From NCBI GenBank assembly GCA_016931325.1, contig JAFGFC010000001.1, forward strand, positions 1,419 to 65,418: a DNA stretch of 64,000 bases. Reading direction: 5' to 3'. Below, in pieces: positions 27,437 to 38,214 of this stretch. How positions within the stretch are numbered: the stretch's first letter is position 1; each line of letters starts with the position of its first letter. Below the pieces are notes generated by a model that ran no database searches, was not told the DNA's origin, and worked only from the letters and a program-made list of their open reading frames with translations. This DNA comes from Spirochaetota bacterium. Lineage in GTDB: Bacteria; Spirochaetota; JAHITG01; JAFGFC01. A program made the position numbers and the translations under genes.

Positions 27437-29645
27437 AGTCTATCAAAAATTCAGTCAACCACAGTACAACCTGGCCTTTAAGATATTTCTGATCCTTTTA
27501 CTCTTTCTGTGGACATTTAATCTGGCTACCCGTCGATTCAGGCAGGAGTATTTACAGCTGAGGGTGGGGGATATCGCTCCTTATGATATCAGGGTAGATA
27601 GTGATGTGGAGTATATAGATGAATTTTCCACCAGACAGAAAATAGAGAACGCCTCATCCCGTGTTCTGCCGTTGTTTAAATTACGGATGGATATTGCTCA
27701 GGAAAAAACAGAGAATATGGATGATATATTCGATGAGATAGAGGAGATGGAGGATGTTCAGATCAGCGGTGACGAAATTACAAAGAGGATCCATTCGCTG
27801 GTGAAAGTGGATAAAGAGACACTGGATATGATTATAAGATTCCACAGGGTCAATAATTTCAGGACCAAAGCAAGAGCCATTCTTGATTATATCTTTAAAC
27901 AGGGATATTCCTCTGTCAGCAAAGAAGAGGTCAAAAAATTATCTGTCGAGAATGAGATCATGAAAATCCAAAAGCTGGACACAGGGGAAGAGATCAATAT
28001 TAAAAGTTCTGTCGAGGACATCTATTATTCGGCTTCAGAGGCGGCCCGGGAGGTGACCAAAAAGTTATTTCCGCAATTACGGTGGGATAAATCCAAAGCC
28101 CTGTCTGTTTTTACAGAAAAATATCTTTCTCCTAATCTCTTTTATGAGCAGATCCGTACGGAAGAGATAATGAAGGAAGAGATCAAGATGATCGAACCGG
28201 TGAAAAAAAGACTAAAAAAAGGTCAGATCATTGTTCGCTATGGGGAGGAAATATCAGAGCAACAATTTAGAAAATTGAGCGGATTAAGAAAATATACCCG
28301 TCAGAGTAACTATAATATGATCCTGGGTTATTTTTTTCTATTGTTCCTTTTATTCCTGTTATCCGGGATTGTTTTTTTCGGATATGGCGGGAAATGGGTC
28401 AAACAGGATAAATACTATTTATTCCTTATTACCTTTCTTTTTGTCATGGCTACCCTTAATTATTTTTTCCCCAATACGATGCGTTTATTTCCTGTCCGTC
28501 TGGAAAAAAGCCTTTTGATCCCCATCGGCGGTATCGCTATCCTTTTAACTTCTTTTACCAGTCCCGTGATGGCTTATGTTCTTGTATTATTTATCAGTCT
28601 GATCTCTAATTTTATTATTGGTTTTGAATTTTTGGATTTTCTTATCATGTTTTTAATCGGGGGATTCATTGTCCTGATCTCCAGCAAGATCCAGAAACGT
28701 GTCTACACCTGGCTTATAGGATTGATCATATCGTTTCTTTATTTTATTATTATTCTGACAATCGCTCAGGTCAATAATTATACACAACCCCAGTTCGTGA
28801 ACTCGGTCCTGGCCGGATTCTTGAACGGGGTTATTTCTGTTATCATCAGCACAGGGTTTTTGCCCCTGTTCGAGTATATTTTCAATCTTTTAACAGATTT
28901 CAGACTACTGGAGTTATCTGATCTTAATCTGCCGATCATGAAAAAACTTCTTATAGAAGCGCCGGGGACGTATCATCATAGTATCATGGTGGCCAATCTG
29001 GCCGAATCGGCTGCTTTAAGCATAGGGGCTGATCCCCTGCTGGCGCGGGTGGGAGCCTATTATCATGACATCGGTAAAATTGAAAACCCTGATTATTTTA
29101 TTGAAAATCAATCCAGCGATGAGAGCAAGCATGATAAGATAAAACCCTCCATCTCCAGTTCAGTGGTTAAGGCCCATGTCAAGTACGGTGTCGAGATGGC
29201 CTTGAACTTGAGGATCCCGTCAGAGATCATTGAAATCATCAAGGAGCATCATGGTACTACTGTCATTTCTTATTTCTATAAAAAAGCCCTGGAGGATGCT
29301 TCTGAAGATGACCGTGCCAATATTGTCGCTAATTTTCAGTACAAAGGACCCAAACCTCAATCAAAAGAGGCGGCTATCATTATGCTGGCTGATTCTGTTG
29401 AGGCGGCCTCCCGGCTTTTGAAAAAACCTTCTCATCCCCGTCTTGTCGGTATGGTAAAGGAGATCATCAATAACCGGTTTATGGAAGGCGAATTGAATGA
29501 GTGCCCTCTTACGCTGGTGGATATGAATAAAATTGCCCAGAGCTTTATACAGGTATTGAGCGGACGGTTCCATTCCCGTATCGAATACCCTGAAAAAGAA
29601 GAGATAGAGAAATTGGAGAAGAATGGAAGTAAACATAGAAAATAG
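27390..29645 (+). CDS. 7TM-HD (HDIG) phosphohydrolase, PgpH-like cyclic-di-AMP phosphodiesterase
   Basis: Extracellular domain, 7 TM segments, APGTYHHS, YYHDIGK, EHHGT, MLADSVEAA; phoH-HD-ybeY context. Start codon uncertain. Confidence 0.88.
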   Translation: MLMKDMIQKIKETANKVYQKFSQPQYNLAFKIFLILLLFLWTFNLATRRFRQEYLQLRVGDIAPYDIRVDSDVEYIDEFSTRQKIENASSRVLPLFKLRMDIAQEKTENMDDIFDEIEEMEDVQISGDEITKRIHSLVKVDKETLDMIIRFHRVNNFRTKARAILDYIFKQGYSSVSKEEVKKLSVENEIMKIQKLDTGEEINIKSSVEDIYYSASEAAREVTKKLFPQLRWDKSKALSVFTEKYLSPNLFYEQIRTEEIMKEEIKMIEPVKKRLKKGQIIVRYGEEISEQQFRKLSGLRKYTRQSNYNMILGYFFLLFLLFLLSGIVFFGYGGKWVKQDKYYLFLITFLFVMATLNYFFPNTMRLFPVRLEKSLLIPIGGIAILLTSFTSPVMAYVLVLFISLISNFIIGFEFLDFLIMFLIGGFIVLISSKIQKRVYTWLIGLIISFLYFIIILTIAQVNNYTQPQFVNSVLAGFLNGVISVIISTGFLPLFEYIFNLLTDFRLLELSDLNLPIMKKLLIEAPGTYHHSIMVANLAESAALSIGADPLLARVGAYYHDIGKIENPDYFIENQSSDESKHDKIKPSISSSVVKAHVKYGVEMALNLRIPSEIIEIIKEHHGTTVISYFYKKALEDASEDDRANIVANFQYKGPKPQSKEAAIIMLADSVEAASRLLKKPSHPRLVGMVKEIINNRFMEGELNECPLTLVDMNKIAQSFIQVLSGRFHSRIEYPEKEEIEKLEKNGSKHRK

Positions 29646-30096
29646 GGCCCGGCTCAGGGGTCTGAATAAGAAGCAGGTCCTTTATCTTGTTCGGTTTGTG
29701 CTGTCAGAGGAAAAAAAGACAAATAACAGGTTTAAAAGATTTCTGAAACGCGTGAGGCATGATTTTAATGTCAATCTTATCTTTACAGATGATAAAGAGA
29801 TAGCCAGGTACAATAAAAAATATTTAAAAAGGCCTAATCCCACTGATGTTATCGCTTTTTCTTTTATAAAAGATCCTTATGCCGATATCGATCATGTTCT
29901 CGGTGATGTTGTTATCTCTCTTGAAACCGTGAAATCCAATGCCAGAAGATTTAAAACTGCATTTTTAACCGAGCTGTTCCTGGTCGTTATCCATGGTGTG
30001 TTACATCTGTTGGATTACGATCATCCGCATATCACTTCTGTCATGCGAAAAAAAGAAAAGAAATATTTACAATGGTTTTTAAAGACAAAGGTATAG
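29623..30096 (+). CDS. ybeY: rRNA maturation RNase YbeY
   Basis: PTDVIAF, LGDVVIS and HGVLHLLDYDH motifs. Confidence 0.93.
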   Translation: MEVNIENRARLRGLNKKQVLYLVRFVLSEEKKTNNRFKRFLKRVRHDFNVNLIFTDDKEIARYNKKYLKRPNPTDVIAFSFIKDPYADIDHVLGDVVISLETVKSNARRFKTAFLTELFLVVIHGVLHLLDYDHPHITSVMRKKEKKYLQWFLKTKV

Positions 30097-30821
30097 TATT
30101 ACGATCGACAGAGTTGACAGGAGCCGACAGGCTGATTACCCTTTTTTTGTATGAGAAAGGAAAGACCAAGATCATTTTCAAAGGGGTAGAAAAACCAAAA
30201 AGCAGAAAGGTCTCCTCAAGCCAGATAGGGTCGTATCTGGATCTTTCCTATAGAACAGCTCAGACGGGTCAGAGCTATGTTTCAGAAGTCAAGATCATTA
30301 ATTCCTTTTCTGCGATAAGAGAGGATCCTGTAAAATTCCTGTATTTAAACTATATCCTTGAACTTTTTTCTCATCTGGTACTGGAATCAGAAAAGAATAC
30401 CCGGATGTTCCATTTCCTTGTTAATGCCCTGATCTTTGTAAAGAATGAAAAAGTGGATATGGAAAGCGTCATGAGGTATATTGAATACCGTATGATCCAG
30501 CTGAGCGGTATCCTTCCTGATTTTCATATATGCCATCAATGTCAAAGGTCACTAGGTGATGTGGCCCTTTTGGGAAGAGACAATCATCTTTTCTGTCCTG
30601 GCTGCGCTTCGTCGCTGGATCAGAAAACGATGTTCGACCGCAGGGATCAGATGGTTTTAAAAGGCATGGATAGGTTTTCTTTTAAGGCTAAAGCGATCAA
30701 GAAAATTCCCCATGGGGTTAATAAAAAACTGAAAAATTTATTTTATAATTTGATCGTCAGCTACATTTCCAGCGAATTGAAATCCTACAAAATTGTATAT
30801 GATCTTTTGAAAAAGATCTAA
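30072..30821 (+). CDS. recO: DNA repair protein RecO
   Basis: GIVLRS...ADRLITLF...GK OB-fold start; CHQC/CPGC zinc finger; context downstream of ybeY. Confidence 0.9.
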   Translation: MVFKDKGIVLRSTELTGADRLITLFLYEKGKTKIIFKGVEKPKSRKVSSSQIGSYLDLSYRTAQTGQSYVSEVKIINSFSAIREDPVKFLYLNYILELFSHLVLESEKNTRMFHFLVNALIFVKNEKVDMESVMRYIEYRMIQLSGILPDFHICHQCQRSLGDVALLGRDNHLFCPGCASSLDQKTMFDRRDQMVLKGMDRFSFKAKAIKKIPHGVNKKLKNLFYNLIVSYISSELKSYKIVYDLLKKI

Positions 30822-30825
30822 ACGA

Positions 30826-32832
30826 TCATTTAGCTGACTCTAATTTTTCTTTTACTTTCTTTATATTTTTAAGGGCTCCCGCGTGATAAGGATCAAGTTT
30901 AATAACCTTTTCCCATTCTGCCAAGGCCTCCTGGTAATTGCCGGAAGTATAATGGGCCACACCAAGATAATAGTGTTTTTTTATTGTTTTTTGTGTTTTT
31001 GAGGTTTCTGAAACGATCTCTGAATCTGTCACCAGGATCCCCTTTTCCGCCTTTATCCTGTACTGGGCTTTCGCAATATTGGACAGGCAGTCTCCGATAT
31101 ATTTGTTTGAAAGAGGCGAGCGGTCAAGTTCTATCACTTTTTTCCATTGCTCTATGGCCTTTTGATACTCTTTCTTTGAATAATGGTATAATCCTAAATT
31201 AAAGCTTCTTTTTAATTCCCTGGCATAGAGTGACGGGGGATTTTTGGCTCTCGCGATATAGGAGTTGATCTCGGGGTAGGCCGGATTAATATCTTTTACA
31301 AGCTGGAATTCATAAAGAGCGCGGAGATAATCTTTGCTATTATAATGTTCTTTGCCTTTCTGAAAGTGAGCATCAAGGATATCAGCCACTTTATCCTTGT
31401 CTGTAACATACATGATCTTCAAAAGGTTACGGTTCGCCATTTTATTGAGGGGAAAGATCTCTTTGATTTCATCAAAATAATACTGGGCCAGATCATACTC
31501 TTTCCGGGCAAGATAGTCTAATCCTTCTTTCTCCAGGTTCTTAACAATGATATAGTAAGGGGAATCTTCTGTGATATCACTCTCTTTTTTCAACTGCAGG
31601 GCCTGCAGGGCCAGCCTGAGGTATTCTTGAGCGTATTTGTTTTCAGGATCGATCTGGATAACCTGTTTAAACATATCAATGGCCATCTCGTATTCGCCCA
31701 TCTGATAGTATTTTATCCCCTTCGCCAGCAGTTCCTGAGTGAGAGAGCTTTTTTCTTCTTCTCTTTTTTTCTGTAACTTTTTTAATAAAGCCAGAGTTCT
31801 GTCCCGATATTCTTTCGCTTTCGTATGATCAGGCATGATCTCCAGAGTGATCGTGAACTCTTCCAGGGCCGGCTCATATTCTTCTTTGTTAAAGTACGCC
31901 AGTCCCAGAGAAAAATGCTTTTCCGCTTCCTCCCGGACAGTTTTTTCATGAGAGAGCTTTTCAAGGATATCATTGATTTTAGCCAGATATTCTTTGGCGG
32001 TTTCATTTTCAGGATCAAGGTTCAAGACCTGTTCGAAGGCCTCTTTTGATTCATTATATTGACGGTTGATGTAAGATTCAATACCGCGGGAGATCAAATG
32101 ATTGATCTTTTCTTTTAATTGCTGATCTTTTAAAAGTTTTTTATCCAGTTCCAGCATCTGTTTCGCTTCCTGGTTGTCTTCGTCGATCATAAGCGCCTTG
32201 GACCATTCCTGGATCGCCTCCAGATATCTTTTTTGATTATGATACTCCCGTCCGGCTTGAAGATGCAGCATCAGCTCCAGATTTTTATTGTATTCCATTT
32301 CTTCTGATTGGGATCGTATGATCTGAACTTTAGCCTGCTGATTATCAGGATCCAGTAAAAGGGCCAGTTTGTAAAGGGCAATGGCTTTGGAGAATTCCTC
32401 CTCTTTTTGATACTCCTGGGCTTCTTTGACCATCTCGGCAGCCAGCTGTTTCTTGTCCATCAATTCCTTGCAAAGATTATAGGCGATCTTGATATGGTTA
32501 AGGGCTTTTTCATGCCGGGGGTTGATCATAAGCGTGTTTTTAAAAAAAGGTATCGATTCGCAGTATTGTTCCTTTAAAAAAAAATGAAGGCCTTTATAAA
32601 AATTGATCTCCATCTGGTTATATTTGTTATAGGCTTTTTCCATGTATGTTTTAGCGCGAGTATGATTGGGGTTCTGGTCAAGAAGGTTTTTCCATTCCTC
32701 AGCGGCTAATTTAAATTCTCTGCGAATATAATAATTCAATCCTCTGGTGAAAACGGACTCTTCCATTTCCAGGGCAAAAAGAAAAACAGGCAAAAGAACA
32801 AACAGACCGAGGGAAACATATTTTTTAAACAT
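30826..32832 (-). CDS. exported multi-TPR protein
   Basis: Signal peptide followed by many TPR repeats (e.g. AIQEWSKALMIDEDN, AFEQVLNLDPEN); overlaps the alr stop. Confidence 0.85.
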   Translation of the reverse strand: MFKKYVSLGLFVLLPVFLFALEMEESVFTRGLNYYIRREFKLAAEEWKNLLDQNPNHTRAKTYMEKAYNKYNQMEINFYKGLHFFLKEQYCESIPFFKNTLMINPRHEKALNHIKIAYNLCKELMDKKQLAAEMVKEAQEYQKEEEFSKAIALYKLALLLDPDNQQAKVQIIRSQSEEMEYNKNLELMLHLQAGREYHNQKRYLEAIQEWSKALMIDEDNQEAKQMLELDKKLLKDQQLKEKINHLISRGIESYINRQYNESKEAFEQVLNLDPENETAKEYLAKINDILEKLSHEKTVREEAEKHFSLGLAYFNKEEYEPALEEFTITLEIMPDHTKAKEYRDRTLALLKKLQKKREEEKSSLTQELLAKGIKYYQMGEYEMAIDMFKQVIQIDPENKYAQEYLRLALQALQLKKESDITEDSPYYIIVKNLEKEGLDYLARKEYDLAQYYFDEIKEIFPLNKMANRNLLKIMYVTDKDKVADILDAHFQKGKEHYNSKDYLRALYEFQLVKDINPAYPEINSYIARAKNPPSLYARELKRSFNLGLYHYSKKEYQKAIEQWKKVIELDRSPLSNKYIGDCLSNIAKAQYRIKAEKGILVTDSEIVSETSKTQKTIKKHYYLGVAHYTSGNYQEALAEWEKVIKLDPYHAGALKNIKKVKEKLESAK

Positions 32833-33943
32833 AGATCCGCTCAACCCTGGGTCCTATTTGACATAGGACCTCATAAGGAATGGTCTTTAATTTTCTGGCC
32901 ACATCTTCTAACAGGATCTGACCCCTCCCGTCCTGGCCGAAGATAGTAACAGGATCACCTTGCTTCACTGATTTAACACGGCTTGTATCGATCATAAATT
33001 GATCCATGCATATACGGCCTCTTACGGGACATTTTTGGCCCTGGACAAGAACATCATGATGATTGGATAATAAGCGGGCCAGCCCGTCGCCATAACCCAG
33101 GGAAACAGTTGCGATCACCTCGTTTTTTTTAGTATAATAGGTATGCCCATAGCTGATGGGAGATCGGGCTTGTGTTTTTTTCAGGAATGAAATAATGGAC
33201 CTGAGTGTCATTCCCCCTTTTAGAGGGATACTTTTCTTGATATGATTATCAGGAAAGTAACCATAGAACATGATTCCCGGGCGTATGGTGTTAAAAGGCA
33301 AATCAGGGTAATTGATGATGCCGGCACTGTTTGACAGATGGAGCAGGGGGACGTTGTATCCCGAATTCTTTAACTGTCGCGCGAGATCGGAAAACTGTTT
33401 GATTTGTCTTTGTGTGAAATCTTTCCTGGTTTCATCGGCCGAGGAAAGATGAGAATATACACCTTCTACATGGATATGGGATAATTGAAAAGCCTTTTTG
33501 ATAAAGGAAAAAGCTTTTTTATAAGGGACTCCGATTCTGCCCATCCCTGTATCAATATTGATATGGACCTTTATTTTTTTTTTGGCCAGGGTATTAAAGG
33601 CGCAAAGAGACCGTTCCGTGTAGACAGTGGGAGTTATTTTCTCCCTGATCATTTTGACAAAGTCATCGCAATGTAAAGGCTCATTAAAACAAAGGACAGG
33701 GGATGATATTTTATTTTTTCTTAAGATAAAACCTTCAAAAGGAAAGGCCACGGCCAGTGAGTCAATGTGCTGGCTCATTAAGAATCTGGCTACCCGGATC
33801 ATTCCAAAACTATAAGCATTACATTTTACGGGTATGATCATCTTTTTTTCTTTACCCGCCAGAGAGCGTATGACAGAAAGATTATGGGAAAGGTTCTTCA
33901 GGTGGATGAGAGCCTGAGTAAAATAATGATACTCATATTTCAT
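32825..33943 (-). CDS. alr: alanine racemase
   Basis: VKCNAYSFG (PLP lysine), HINIDTGMGRIG, RPGIMFYG, GYGDG, GRICMDQ and TIPYE motifs. Confidence 0.95.
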   Translation of the reverse strand: MKYEYHYFTQALIHLKNLSHNLSVIRSLAGKEKKMIIPVKCNAYSFGMIRVARFLMSQHIDSLAVAFPFEGFILRKNKISSPVLCFNEPLHCDDFVKMIREKITPTVYTERSLCAFNTLAKKKIKVHINIDTGMGRIGVPYKKAFSFIKKAFQLSHIHVEGVYSHLSSADETRKDFTQRQIKQFSDLARQLKNSGYNVPLLHLSNSAGIINYPDLPFNTIRPGIMFYGYFPDNHIKKSIPLKGGMTLRSIISFLKKTQARSPISYGHTYYTKKNEVIATVSLGYGDGLARLLSNHHDVLVQGQKCPVRGRICMDQFMIDTSRVKSVKQGDPVTIFGQDGRGQILLEDVARKLKTIPYEVLCQIGPRVERIYV

Positions 33944-34107
33944 AGCCAGAATTAACAAAATAATTAATAGAATGTCAAGCCACAAATGAGGTCATTAATC
34001 ACAGATAGAATTAGTTTATCCTTCCTAAATTGTGTTTTTAGTGGTTCGTTCTTTAAAATTTCGGGAAAAACCTTGACTTTATCGATATTTTGAGTAAAAT
34101 AGCCGAT

Positions 34108-35427
34108 ATGAAATTGGAATTTTTTATAGGGACCCGATATTTACGTTCCAAAAAGCATAACCGGTTCATCTCATTTATTACGATCATCTCTATCGTGGGA
34201 ATAGGGATAGGGATCATGGCCCTTATCACGGTTCTTTCTGTTATGAATGGATTTCAGAATACCATCAGGGAAAAGATCATTGATACGGGATTTCATGTCT
34301 ATGTCACCAGCTATGGCAAGTCCAGTATAGTCAATAATTATGATGCTGTCATAAAGAAGATAAAGGAGGAAAAGATCGGCAAGGTCGTGACGCCTTTTTT
34401 CAAAGGACAGGTCATCATAAAATCGACCATGCAGCGTATCATGGGGATCGAACTTTTCGGTGTTCAAAACAATCTGAACAAAATTGACACTGATTTTAAA
34501 AAAAGCATAAGGATCGTTGAAGGTGATTTTGATCTGAAAGAGAAAAACTATATCCTTATTGGAAGAGAACTGGCTAATTTTCTGGATATAAAGATCGGGG
34601 ACAGGGTAGATATTATTTCTCCTCAGGGGGGTAAATATAAAATGTTCGGGCGGGTCGCGCCTGTTATGAAGCCTTATATCGTGAAAGGGATCTTTAAGAC
34701 CGGATATTATGAATATGATCTCAAACTGGCTTTTTCTTCTCTGTCATCATTACAGACCCTTTTCAATAGACCAAAGTCCAGCTGGGGAATTGGTATTAAA
34801 TTGAAGGATATCTTTCAGGCCCGCAGAGTCGCCAGGCGGATACAAAAGCTGTTCCATTACAAGTATCAGGTCTTTACCTGGATGGATTTGAATCATAATC
34901 TTTTTACCGCCTTGAAGAACGAAAAGACCATGATGTATCTTATTGTTTTTCTGATCATCATCGTGGCCGCTTTCAATATTGCCTCTACTCTTATCATGCT
35001 TATCATGGAGAAGAAGAAAGAGATAGGTATTTTACGCACCATGGGGTCAGATGCCTCACAGATCATAGGGATATTTATGATCAACGGAATGCTGATGGGC
35101 GTTATCGGTATCCTGTCAGGGATTATAGCCGGAGTTTTACTGACGCTGAATCTTGACAGTATCTTTAATTTCATAGAAAATATCGTTAATGTTCTATCAA
35201 GGGTATATTATAATCTATTCAGTAAATTTTTTGATATATCCTTTCCGGAACGATTCGAGATCCTGGCCCGGGATGTCTATTATCTGGAAAAATTGCCTGT
35301 TCAGATCATGTTCTGGGATGTTTTTTCTATATGTATAGGGTCGATGATCGTAATCTTTCTTTTCTCGTTTGTCCCGGCCAAGCAGGCCGTTAAATTTAAA
35401 CCAATGGAAATCATTCGGTATGAGTAA
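34108..35427 (+). CDS. lolC: lipoprotein-releasing ABC transporter permease LolC/E
   Basis: RYLRSKK, LSVMNGF, AAFNIASTL, EKKKEIGILRTMG and C-terminal IRYE motifs. Confidence 0.9.
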   Translation: MKLEFFIGTRYLRSKKHNRFISFITIISIVGIGIGIMALITVLSVMNGFQNTIREKIIDTGFHVYVTSYGKSSIVNNYDAVIKKIKEEKIGKVVTPFFKGQVIIKSTMQRIMGIELFGVQNNLNKIDTDFKKSIRIVEGDFDLKEKNYILIGRELANFLDIKIGDRVDIISPQGGKYKMFGRVAPVMKPYIVKGIFKTGYYEYDLKLAFSSLSSLQTLFNRPKSSWGIGIKLKDIFQARRVARRIQKLFHYKYQVFTWMDLNHNLFTALKNEKTMMYLIVFLIIIVAAFNIASTLIMLIMEKKKEIGILRTMGSDASQIIGIFMINGMLMGVIGILSGIIAGVLLTLNLDSIFNFIENIVNVLSRVYYNLFSKFFDISFPERFEILARDVYYLEKLPVQIMFWDVFSICIGSMIVIFLFSFVPAKQAVKFKPMEIIRYE

Positions 35428-36103
35428 AATTATCTTACAGATCAAAGGACTGGTCAAGAATTTTCAATCAGGGAGCACTATCCTTGAGGTTTTACAGGGT
35501 CTGGACTTGGAGGTTAATGAAGGTGATTGTATTGCCATTATGGGAGAGTCAGGGGTGGGTAAAAGTACCCTTTTAAGCCTTATCGGAGGATTGGATAGCG
35601 TCACAGAAGGGAGCATCCGTATCAATGATACACAGATAACGCAACTGGATGAAAGAGACCTGGCTCATTTTCGAGCCAGGTTTTTAGGGTTCATGTTCCA
35701 GTATCATTATCTTCTGCCTGAATTCAATGCCCTGGAGAATGTTTTTCTGCCTCTTCTTATTAAAGAAAAGAATTTTAAAAAGGAATTTGAGAAAAAAGCC
35801 AGAGAACTTTTGGAAGAAGTGGGATTGAAGGGTCGCCTCTTTCATAAACCGGGTGAATTGTCAGGGGGTGAATGTCAGAGAGTGGCTTTATCCCGGGCGT
35901 TAGTGAAAAAGCCAAAGCTGGTTATTGCTGATGAACCAACAGGCAATCTGGATGATAAAAACACACAGATCGTGTTTGATCTTATCACCAGTCTGAATAA
36001 AAAGTATAATACTACATTTATTATCGCCACTCATAATAAAAAGATCGTTCAATATGCCAGAAAAGTGTATCTTTTAGAAAATGGAAAGTTGAATAAAATT
36101 TAG
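35420..36103 (+). CDS. lolD: lipoprotein-releasing ABC transporter ATPase
   Basis: GESGVGKS, FQYHYLLPEFNALENV, LSGGECQRVA and ADEPTGNLD motifs. Confidence 0.92.
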   Translation: MSKIILQIKGLVKNFQSGSTILEVLQGLDLEVNEGDCIAIMGESGVGKSTLLSLIGGLDSVTEGSIRINDTQITQLDERDLAHFRARFLGFMFQYHYLLPEFNALENVFLPLLIKEKNFKKEFEKKARELLEEVGLKGRLFHKPGELSGGECQRVALSRALVKKPKLVIADEPTGNLDDKNTQIVFDLITSLNKKYNTTFIIATHNKKIVQYARKVYLLENGKLNKI

Positions 36104-36163
36104 GACCTTCTTTGAAAGAACACAGCGGGAATATTTCTGCCGCCAGAGATGCTGCGAGCGCGT

Positions 36164-36694
36164 TTATCTCATTGAGAAAATACATCCGCAGTATCTCTGT
36201 CTGTATAGATTCATCTTTTTGCTGATCTCAATGCCTTCTTTCCAGCCTTTTCTGAAATCTTTGTAAAGGAATCCTATCCTGTATCGTTTGGATAAATCTT
36301 CGCACATGGTCTTGATCTCATCGTGGAATTGATATTTACTGTAGAGGAGAGTGGTGGTGAAAAGATCGAACCCTTTATCTTGAGCCATACAGGCTGCCTT
36401 CTCAAGCCTTATCTTATAACACAAAAGGCATCGTTTTTTCTTATCCTTTAACGGCCACCCTTTTTTAGTTCGGGTCAACCAGGCGTTTATATTGTGATCT
36501 TTGTCATAGATAATATCAAGTTTGGTGATCGTCTGATAAGCGTGCAGAGCGTCCAGCCTTTTATTGTATTCTGTAAGAGGATGAATATTGGGATTACACC
36601 AAAAACCCGTGATGTCCAGATCATTTTCCTGCAAAGCCTGATGAGAATAACATAAACACGGAGCACAGCAGATATGAAGGAGGATCTTTTTCAC
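36164..36694 (-). CDS. queH: epoxyqueuosine reductase QueH (DUF208)
   Basis: LLHICCAPC, NPNIHP, RCLLCY..RL, FTTTL and YRQRYCGCIFS motifs; GTG start overlaps the upstream TGA. Confidence 0.9.
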   Translation of the reverse strand: MKKILLHICCAPCLCYSHQALQENDLDITGFWCNPNIHPLTEYNKRLDALHAYQTITKLDIIYDKDHNINAWLTRTKKGWPLKDKKKRCLLCYKIRLEKAACMAQDKGFDLFTTTLLYSKYQFHDEIKTMCEDLSKRYRIGFLYKDFRKGWKEGIEISKKMNLYRQRYCGCIFSMR

Positions 36695-38214
36695 TTAAAA
36701 TCTGATTCTTTAAAAACAATAGCGGTAAAGACCTGAAATTCACACCCTGACTTCCAGTCCTGGGGTCCCAGCCCGGCTTTCATGGAAAGGTGGGTCAAAG
36801 TGGTGGAAAGATCCCATCCCTGTTCGGGTGCCACTTGAGGGAGAAAGACAGACTGGTTCATCCCTTTTTTCAATATGATGCCATGTTTTCCAAGAACAAT
36901 ATCTTTATAGCTTGAAACCGGTTCCGGCGGGGACAGAACAGAGATCTCGATCTCGATCTTATCCAGTTCGGATGCCGTTACAGTGGGAAAACGGAAATCA
37001 TGACTGCAGGCATTGACCGTATTTTCAATAACCGTTTGAGAAAGGGATTTCACGGGAAGAATATACCCGATACAACCGCGTAGTTGATGATCTTTATTAA
37101 GGGTAACAAAAGCGCCAGCATTTTTCTTCAGGGTATCACTTTTAATTTCGAATGAGGGAGTTTTCCCTTTTTTAATAAATTCGGTCAGGGTCTTCCTGGC
37201 CATCTGAAGAAGTAACTTTTTTTCCTCTTCTGTCAGATAAAAACCGGATTTTTTTTCATTATACGGAACATCTTTTCCTGAAAAACTCATAGCCGCATAC
37301 CCCACTATTCTTTCTTTTACCCAGGATGTGTCACCTGAGTTTTTATATTGGATCAAATTAACCGTTGAGGCCCCTGCTTCCCGTGCCAGAAGCATCAAGG
37401 TGGTAACAGCGCCTAATCCACATTGATACGTAACAAGATTGGCCACACCGGAATCCTTGATCTTTTCTTCACGCTGTATCAATTTTTTTATTTTCAAGGA
37501 TTGGATCAATTCAATGGTGGCTTTGTCCACTTTCTCCCCTTCCTGGTAGGAAGGGTAATGAGAAAGATCAGAACTGGCCACGATCAGGATATTTTTATCT
37601 TTCTGCGTTTTCATGATCTTGTACAGAACAGACGAGATCTTGTCCACCATATCAAAGGAAAAGTGACTGAATAAGATCGGTACGATCTTGAAATCATTCT
37701 TCAAGGCCAGCTGTAAAAAGGGGAGCTGAACTTCAATGGAATGCTCAAGCTTGTGGGCCTCATCCACTGACTGAAAAAGGTTATCCTTCAGGATCGCCTT
37801 CGTCAACTCTTCATCCACGGGAACAAGGCCCAGAGGTGTTTTATAATATCCTTTCTTAAACACAGATGGCTTTCTCAGAGGATACCTGTGCCCTACCCCG
37901 AATATCAGAACAGTGTCATACGATCTTCCTTCGACCTGTTTGAAAGCCCATCCCGCTACCTGGCCGGAGTAGATATAACCCGCATGAGGGGCGATAAGGC
38001 CAAAGATATTTTCTCCTTTAGGAAGTTTAACGACGCTGGCTTTGGCAAGATATTCCTTTACCATAGATTTGAGATCCATAGCATTGGCAGGATAAAACAT
38101 ACCGCTGACAGCGCTTTCTCTGATGTCTTCTGCTTTGATGGTCTTGGCTTCCTTTACATTTTGACAAAAGGAGAATACAAAAATGATCATTAGGGAAAAT
38201 ATTAATTGTCGCAT
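36691..38214 (-). CDS. fused Memo (AmrB) - AMMECR1 (AmrA) protein with an N-terminal signal/lipoprotein-like peptide
   Basis: Memo motifs PHAGYIYSG, EHSIEVQLPF, SSDLSHY, VGYAA; AMMECR1 motifs GAFVTL, LRGCIG, IEISVLS, FLPQVA; N-terminus MRQLIFSLMIIFVFSFC. Confidence 0.9.
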   Translation of the reverse strand: MRQLIFSLMIIFVFSFCQNVKEAKTIKAEDIRESAVSGMFYPANAMDLKSMVKEYLAKASVVKLPKGENIFGLIAPHAGYIYSGQVAGWAFKQVEGRSYDTVLIFGVGHRYPLRKPSVFKKGYYKTPLGLVPVDEELTKAILKDNLFQSVDEAHKLEHSIEVQLPFLQLALKNDFKIVPILFSHFSFDMVDKISSVLYKIMKTQKDKNILIVASSDLSHYPSYQEGEKVDKATIELIQSLKIKKLIQREEKIKDSGVANLVTYQCGLGAVTTLMLLAREAGASTVNLIQYKNSGDTSWVKERIVGYAAMSFSGKDVPYNEKKSGFYLTEEEKKLLLQMARKTLTEFIKKGKTPSFEIKSDTLKKNAGAFVTLNKDHQLRGCIGYILPVKSLSQTVIENTVNACSHDFRFPTVTASELDKIEIEISVLSPPEPVSSYKDIVLGKHGIILKKGMNQSVFLPQVAPEQGWDLSTTLTHLSMKAGLGPQDWKSGCEFQVFTAIVFKESDFK

